In this document: positions 55,730-64,000 of the stretch, in pieces | Layout of the letters: each line of letters opens with the position of its first letter | How positions within the stretch are numbered: the first letter of the stretch is position 1 | Assembly (NCBI GenBank): GCA_964016885.1 | Contig: OZ024743.1 | Location: 91,884,001-91,948,000, forward strand | Source: Eledone cirrhosa | Taxonomy: Eukaryota | DNA: 64,000 bases | Reading direction: 5' to 3' | Notes under the pieces: generated by a model | Seen by the model: the letters and a program-made list of their open reading frames with translations, nothing else | What the model was told of the DNA's origin: nothing | Database searches by the model: none | Position numbers and translations under genes: made by a program

Positions 55730-57070
55730 TATATATGTATATGTGTATGTATATATGTATATATGTATATATATATGTATATGTGTATGTATATATGTAC
55801 ATGTGTATGTATATATGTACATGTGTATGTATATATGTACATGTGTATGTATATATGTACATGTGTATGTATATATGTACATGTGTATGTATATATGTAC
55901 ATGTGTATGTATATATGTATATGTGTATATATATATATATGTATATGTGTATGTATATATGTATATGTGTATGTATATATGTACATGTGTATGTATATAT
56001 GTACATGTGTATATATATATGTATATGTGTATGTATATATGTACATGTGTATGTATATATGTACATGTGTATGTATATATGTATATGTGTATGTATATAT
56101 GTACATGTGTATGTATATATGTACATGTGTATGTATATATATATATGTGTATGTATATATGTATATGTGTATGTATATATGTATATGTGTATGTATATAT
56201 GTATATGTGTATGTATATATGTATATGTGCATGTAAATATGTATATGTGTATGTATATATGTACATGTGTATGTATATATGTATATGTGTATGTATATAT
56301 GTACATGTGTATGTATATATGTACATGTGTATGTATATATGTATATGTGTATGTATATATGTATATGTGTATGTATATATGTACATGTGTATGTATATAT
56401 GTATATGTGTATGTATATATGTATATGTGTATGTATATATGTATATGTGTATGTGTATATGTGTATGTATATATGTATATGTGTATGTATATATGTACAT
56501 GTGTATGTATATATATATATGTGTATGTATATATGTATATGTGTATGTATATATGTATATGTGTATGTATATATGTATATGTGTATGTGTATATGTGTAT
56601 GTATATATGTATATGTGTATGTATATATGTATATGTGTATGTATATATGTACATGTGTATGTATATATATATATGTGTATGTATATATGTATATGTGTAT
56701 GTATATATGTATATGTGTATGTAAATATGTATATGTGTATGTATATATGTACATGTGTATGTATATATGTATATGTGTATGTATATATGTACATGTGTAT
56801 GTATATATGTATATGTGTATGTATATATGTACATGTGTATGAATATATGTATATGTGTATGTATATATGTATACATGTATGTATAAATGTATGTGTATGT
56901 ATATATGTATATGTGTATGTATATATATATATGTGTATGTAAATATGTACATGTGTATGTAAATATGTACATGAGTATGTAAATATGTACATGTGTATGT
57001 ATATATGTATATGTGTATGTATATATGTACATGTGTATGTATATATGTATATGTGTATGTATATATGTAT
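55730..57070. repeat. 20-bp purine-pyrimidine minisatellite (ATGTGTATGTATATATGTAY)n
   Basis: About 65 units read directly. Confidence 0.95.
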
Positions 57071-57212
57071 AAGTATGTGTGAGTTTGTATGTATGCATGT
57101 ATAAATGCATGTACATATAAATGTATATAAATGTATATATGTATGTATGTACGTATGTATATATGCATGCAATTTTGTAAATATGTATGTATTCAATATG
57201 TATGTATGTATG

Positions 57213-57272
<60 letters not shown>

Positions 57273-58371
57273 CAATTATGTATATATGTATACATGTATC
57301 TATGTATGTATATATGTATATATGTGTGCATGCATGTATGCATGTATGTGTGTATGTATGCATGTATGTATGTATGCATGCGTGCATTTATGTATGTACG
57401 TATGCATGTATGTATGTATACCTGTATGCAAGTCTGTATGTTTACGTGTTTGTGTGTATGAAGATGTAATTGTATGAGTGTATGTGTTTATGTTTGTATG
57501 GACTGAATTGTCTGTATTCACGGTGGCGAGTATATATCTGTGCGTGTATATGTGTGTATGTGTGTGTGTGTGTGTGTGTGCGCGTGTGCGTGTATGTGGG
57601 GGTTTGCGTGTGTGTGTATGTGTGTGTGTGTGTGCGCGCGTGTATATGTGTGTATGTGTGTGTGCGCGTGTGCGTGTGTGAGGGTGTGTGCGTGTGTGTG
57701 TATGTGTGTGTGAATGTGTGTATGTGTGTGTGTGTATGTGTGTGTGAATGTGTGTGTGTGTGTGTGTGTGTGTGGTCTTTGCCATGATTTAACAGCAACT
57801 CATACGTACATAAAAAACATGTCCATGTATATACCAACATACACAGACATACACAGACATACATAAGTTGTCTGGCAGAGAGGTCAGCGTTTTCCCAGTA
57901 TGTATTGTGACTATAGCTTCGATATCAATGAATCTTGTTTTGGTGTTGTTGTTATTGTTGTAGACTTCTTGACTTTTCAGCTTTTATTTATGTGAGGTCT
58001 GTATGTCTTTATGTGTCTTTATGTGTAGACACACACACATATACACACACATATATATATATATAAATACATATGCCTCTGCCTAAGTCTGACACACTTA
58101 TATACGTATACGTACACACACACACGTACATACACATACACACACACATTATTTAAGGGCGGTGGATTGGCAGTATCGGTAGAGGGTCGGACGCCATGCT
58201 TTGATGCATAGAGTTACGGTCCTTGCCATTCTGAGTTCAAATCCCGCCGAGGTTTACTTTGCCTTTCATCCTTACGGGGTCGATAAAATAAAGTACCAGT
58301 AATGCACTGGGTAATTGCTGGCCTTGTGCCAAAAGTAGAAACAATTATTATATATATATATATGTATATAA

Positions 58372-58412
<41 letters not shown>

Positions 58413-58423
58413 TACATATATAC

Positions 58424-58466
<43 letters not shown>

Positions 58467-58621
58467 TATATTTATAACGAAGGAAATGTGGTAAGGAACC
58501 AGGTGGACCATAACGCACCAAAGTACTCAATACTTAGGGTAGTAGAGTGGGTAATAGGAACCAGTAAGACCCCGACGGCTGAGCTCAAGCCGTCGGGGTC
58601 TTACTGGTTCCTATATATATT

Positions 58622-58652
<31 letters not shown>

Positions 58653-58693
58653 GTGTGTATATATATATATATACATATATACATACATAGATA

Positions 58694-58784
<91 letters not shown>

Positions 58785-59040
58785 ATACACACATAGCGAG
58801 AAGAACAAGTGAAGAAAGGATGGGGATGGGGTGGGGGTTACTATAAGAACTAACCACAACCTTTATTGAATTAACCCAATCTTCTTTCCACTTAATCCTA
58901 TACTTAACTATTTCATCCACTAGATTAAAGTAATCTACTGGCTATATATAAGTGAATAAATATCTTGCATATATATATATATATATATATATGCATGTAT
59001 ACACAGATATATTTATATACATGCAAATGCATATGTGTAT

Positions 59041-59149
<109 letters not shown>

Positions 59150-59195
59150 TATTTATATACATGCAAATGCATATGTGTATATACATACATATGTG

Positions 59196-59258
<63 letters not shown>

Positions 59259-59266
59259 ATACATAC

Positions 59267-59315
<49 letters not shown>

Positions 59316-59428
59316 CACAGAGATATTTATATACATGCAAATGCATATGTGTATATACATACATATATATATATATATATACACAGAGATATTTATATAC
59401 ATGCAAATGCATATGTGTATATACATAC

Positions 59429-59490
<62 letters not shown>

Positions 59491-59662
59491 ATATATATAT
59501 ATATGTATGTATGCATGTATGTATGTATATATATATATGTATTTATATATATATATGTATATGTATGTGTGTACGTGTATATAAGCCTATGTACAATAAT
59601 CTGTATATATCTGTATATATATATCTGAACCAAACTGTATTAGAGCAGTTAACTTTGGAGGG

Positions 59663-59747
<85 letters not shown>

Positions 59748-59845
59748 TATACGTGTATATGAGCCTATGTAGAATAATACTCTGTATATATCTGTATATA
59801 TATATATATATATGAAATAAACTGTATTAAGGTTAGGGTTAGGGT

Positions 59846-59896
<51 letters not shown>

Positions 59897-60070
59897 GTAT
59901 GCACACATATTATAGATATACATGTATACATTAATTTATCTATACATGTATTCCGGTAAAGAAACACGTGATCACATAAGTAATATTTGTAGCAGGAAAT
60001 TAACTCGAGTTAGATGTTAGAATGAGATTAGCTCTAAATATGATAATTTATTTTAGTTGTGGCCGATAAA

Positions 60071-60145
<75 letters not shown>

Positions 60146-60165
60146 GACACACACTCAAACAGACA

Positions 60166-60227
<62 letters not shown>

Positions 60228-60247
60228 GACACACACTCAAACAGACA

Positions 60248-60289
<42 letters not shown>

Positions 60290-60427
60290 GACTCAGGCGA
60301 ACACACACATACACAAACACACACACCAATACACACATACAAACACACACATGCACACACAGAGACAAATTTGTATATATTTTCCCTCTATATATTCTCT
60401 TTCATTCTCCCTCTCTAGCTCTCCCCG

Positions 60428-60506
<79 letters not shown>

Positions 60507-62404
60507 TTATTTATTTATCTATATATACCTTAATTTACAACTCTATAAAGTTAATTGTCGCTAATACGTAGGCATCTCAGTGAAAAGACAACAAATTAAT
60601 AAACTAATAATCCACTCAGAGAAGTATTATATAGATGTACACAGACATAATTATTCTTTCGTAGCCTTGGGCCGATTGACTTCCTATAAGGTTAACTATA
60701 TAGTAAAAAGATACAACACAAAGCCTCATTCATATCTGTGTGTGTGTGTGTCTGTGTGTATGTATGTATGTGATGGTGTGGGGTATGGGTGTGTGTGGGA
60801 GTTAAGCGAGATTGGTGTAATGCAGCTTGATTTAACACCATCACACCTGGTCATTGAGGGTCTTTATAGCAGAGTTCACTTTGTTTCAAATGCCCAGACC
60901 AGATTCCTAATTCTCTCTTCAACCATGTGTTGTTGTTGTTGTTGTTGTTGCTGTTGTTGCTGTTGTTGTGGTTGTTGTTGTTGTTGTAGTTGTGTTTACG
61001 GTGAGTGAGGGTCATTGCCTTCTGACATTGTAGTTTGAACAATTGGGAAAATTGAAGCAAATCATTAGAGTAATGTGGGAATATCCTTGTTTTATGACAA
61101 TAACGTTGCAATGTTACCTTTAATATTTCCTGATAAAATCCCTCCTTATTTTTGTGTCTTTTGTCAAAGAGCGGAAAATAGGTGACGAATCAGCTGCTTT
61201 GCGATATTTGTTACGGCGCTCTGTGCCCTCAGTTCAAATTCCGTTGATGTCAACTCTGTCTTTTATGTTTTCGAGGTCGATAAATAAAGTATGTTTAGTG
61301 CTGTGATTCTTTCTCACTTTTTCTTTCTATCTTTTTTCTTTCTCTTTTTCTCTCCCTCTCTTTCTCTCTCCCTCCCTTTCCTTCTCTCTCTCTCTCTCTT
61401 CCGCTGTGTTTCGACCAAGAGTAGGGTGGAGTCCGCCAGGTTTATATACCGAAGATATTCCCAGCTTGGATTCCCCCCTAATCGGCTAAAATCGTTCTCT
61501 TGGGAGCCAAATGACTCCTGTTTCCCAACCACAGGTCTATATACTGTCGAAGTATAATTATGTTTCTTGCCGCTTAGTCATAAATCCTAATGTGGATTCG
61601 AACCGTAAAATGTAGAGGAGGAAAACTTTAGTAATATAAGACATTAAATGCTATTCTCTACCGCTACATCATTTCAAAGAATCAATTAATGAATGGTTAA
61701 TTAAATATTTTATGGAAAGTTTCATGAATAATCCACTGGTTCATTTATTTATTGATTATTAATCAGTTTTTACAGAGAAGTAGAAAAAAAAAATGTCAAT
61801 TTATTTCTTGCAGACAATAAACGAGGTATTACGTCAACCATTTCTTTCCACGGGAATTTAAGTAGTTAATGAAAGATGTTGATGATGTAAATGTAGTGAC
61901 ATTATTTCTTGTTGTTGTTGTTGTTGTTGTTGTTGCTGTTATTACTACTGTTGCTGTCATTGTTATTGCTGTTGTTGTTATTTTTGTTGCTGCTGCAGTT
62001 ATTTATTTATTATTATTTTTATTTTTTTGCTATTACTGTTGTTGTTGTTGTTGCTGTTATAGTTGCTGTTGTTGATATTGCTGCTGTTGTTGTTGCTGCT
62101 GCCGTTGTTGTTGTTGTAGTTGTTGTTGTGTATTAGCCAGCATATAAGCCTTAGCCAAGTGGACCTATGATCGATGACTCTCAATCGGTTATAATTGTTT
62201 CTACTTTGTGGCACAAGGCCAGCAATTACCCAGTACATTACTGGTACTTTATTTTATCGACCCCGAAAGGATGAAAGGCAAAGTTAACCTCGGCGGGATT
62301 TGAACTCAGACTGTAAAGGGACGTAACTATGCTAGAAAGCATGGCGTCCAACCCTCTACCGATACTGCCAATTCTCGGTTATAATACTGTCTTATTTTTT
62401 AAAA

Positions 62405-62460
62405 CATGGCTGTATGGTTAAAGAGTTCGTTTGCAAACACGTGGTTCTGATTTGTCCCAC
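62405..62460 (+). mobile_element. Decayed 5' head of a CORE-type tRNA SINE
   Basis: catggctgtatggtt (A box), then cacgtggttctgatttgtcccac running into the satellite. Confidence 0.6.
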
Positions 62461-64000
62461 AGCACCTTCTACTGAGGTCTCAGGTTGACCAATGGCCTGT
62501 GGATGGTTCCCACAGCACCTTCTACTGTAGTCTCCGGTTGACCAATGACCTGTGGATGGTTCCCACAGCACCTTCTACTGTAGTCTCCGGTTGACCAATG
62601 ACCTGTGGATGGTTCCCACAGCACCTTCTACTGTAGTCTCCGGTTGACCAATGGCCTGTGAATGGTTCCTACAGCACCTTCTACTGTAGTCTCCGGTTGA
62701 CCAATGGCCTGTGGATGGTTCCCACAGCACCTTCTACTGTAGTCTCCGGTTGACCAATGGCCTGTGAATGGTTCCCACAGCACCTTCTACTGTAGTCTCC
62801 GGTTGACCAATGGCCTGTGGATGGTTCCCACAGCACCTTCTACTGTAGTCTCCGGTTGACCAATGACCTGTGAATGGTTCCCACAGCACCTTCTACTGTA
62901 GTCTCCGGTTGACCAATGGCCTGTGGATGGTTCCCACAGCACCTTCTACTGTAGTCTCCGGTTGACCAATGATCTGTGAATGGTTCCCACAGCACCTTCT
63001 ACTGTAGTCTCCGGTTGACCAATGACCTGTGGATTGTTCCCACAGCACCTTCTACTGTAGTCTCCGGTTGACCAATGACCTGTGGATTGTTCCCACAGCA
63101 CCTTCTACTGTAGTCTCCGGTTGATCAATGGCCTGTGGATGGTTCCCACAACACCTTCTACTGTAGTCTCCGGTTGACCAATGACCTGTGGATGGTTCCC
63201 ACAGCACCTTCTACTGTAGTCTCCGGTTGACCAATGACCTGTGGATTGTTCCCACAGCACCTTCTACTGTAGTCTCCGGTTGACCAATGATCTGTGGATG
63301 GTTCCCACAGCATCTTCTACTGTAGTCTCCGGTTGACCAATGACCTGTGGATGGTTCCCACAGCACCTTCTACTGTAGTCTCCGGTTGACCAATGACCTG
63401 TGAATGGTTCCCACAGCACCTTCTACTGTAGTCTCCGGTTGACCAATGACCTGTGAATGGTTCCCACAGCACCTTCTACTGTAGTCTCCGGTTGACCAAT
63501 GACCTGTGAATGGTTCCCACAGCACCTTCTACTGTAGTCTCCGGTTGACCAATGACCTGTGGATTGTTCCCACAGCACCTTCTACTGTAGTCTCCGGTTG
63601 ACCAATGACCTGTGAATGGTTCCCACAGCACCTTCTACTGTAGTCTCCGGTTGACCAATGACCTGTGAATGGTTCCCACAGCACCTTCTACTGTAGTCTC
63701 CGGTTGACCAATGACCTGTGAATGGTTCCCACAGCACCTTCTACTGTAGTCTCCGGTTGACCAATGACCTGTGGATTGTTCCCACAGCACCTTCTACTGT
63801 AGTCTCCGGTTGACCAATGACCTGTGAATGGTTCCCACAGCACCTTCTACTGTAGTCTCCGGTTGACCAATGACCTGTGAATGGTTCCCACAGCACCTTC
63901 TACTGTAGTCTCCGGTTGACCAATGACCTGTGAATGGTTCCCACAGCACCTTCTACTGTAGTCTCCGGTTGACCAATGACCTGTGGATTGTTCCCACAGC
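62455..64000. repeat. 53-bp satellite, at least 29 units, runs off the window
   Basis: Unit ggttcccacagcaccttctactgtagtctccggttgaccaatgacctgtggat. Confidence 0.97.

Noticed and set aside
59829-59847. Telomeric TTAGGG repeat
   Set aside because: Only about 2.5 units inside a local duplication, too short to call.

Overview
Repeat-dominated eukaryotic intergenic or intronic DNA with no recognisable host gene. The (TA)n/(CA)n/(GA)n density and the SINE families suggest a cephalopod such as Octopus (inference). Coding elements: (1) an apparently intact two-ORF Tx1/L1-clade LINE in a (TCTA)n tract, with three relic 3' ends of relatives upstream; (2) a 5'-truncated, mutated CRE-clade RT+RLE retrotransposon; (3) two GIY-YIG Penelope-like element (PLE) remnants, one Naiad-like; (4) an RTE-LINE fragment. 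Non-coding content includes about 25 tRNA-derived SINE copies, several minisatellites/satellites (one born from a SINE) and a 200-N gap. The main hidden layer is more than 20 short insertions in (TA)n tracts. Each consists of a tailed 3' end plus an inverted tail-less arm, and many carry type-I hammerhead ribozymes (HHR), including core variants. One family (49.5-51.6 kb, fragment at 10.2 kb) contains every hammerhead core element, with covarying stems, in a non-circularly permuted order. This is the best candidate for a new system. All RNA structures were folded by eye and are untested. Most ORFs in the supplied track are microsatellite artefacts.
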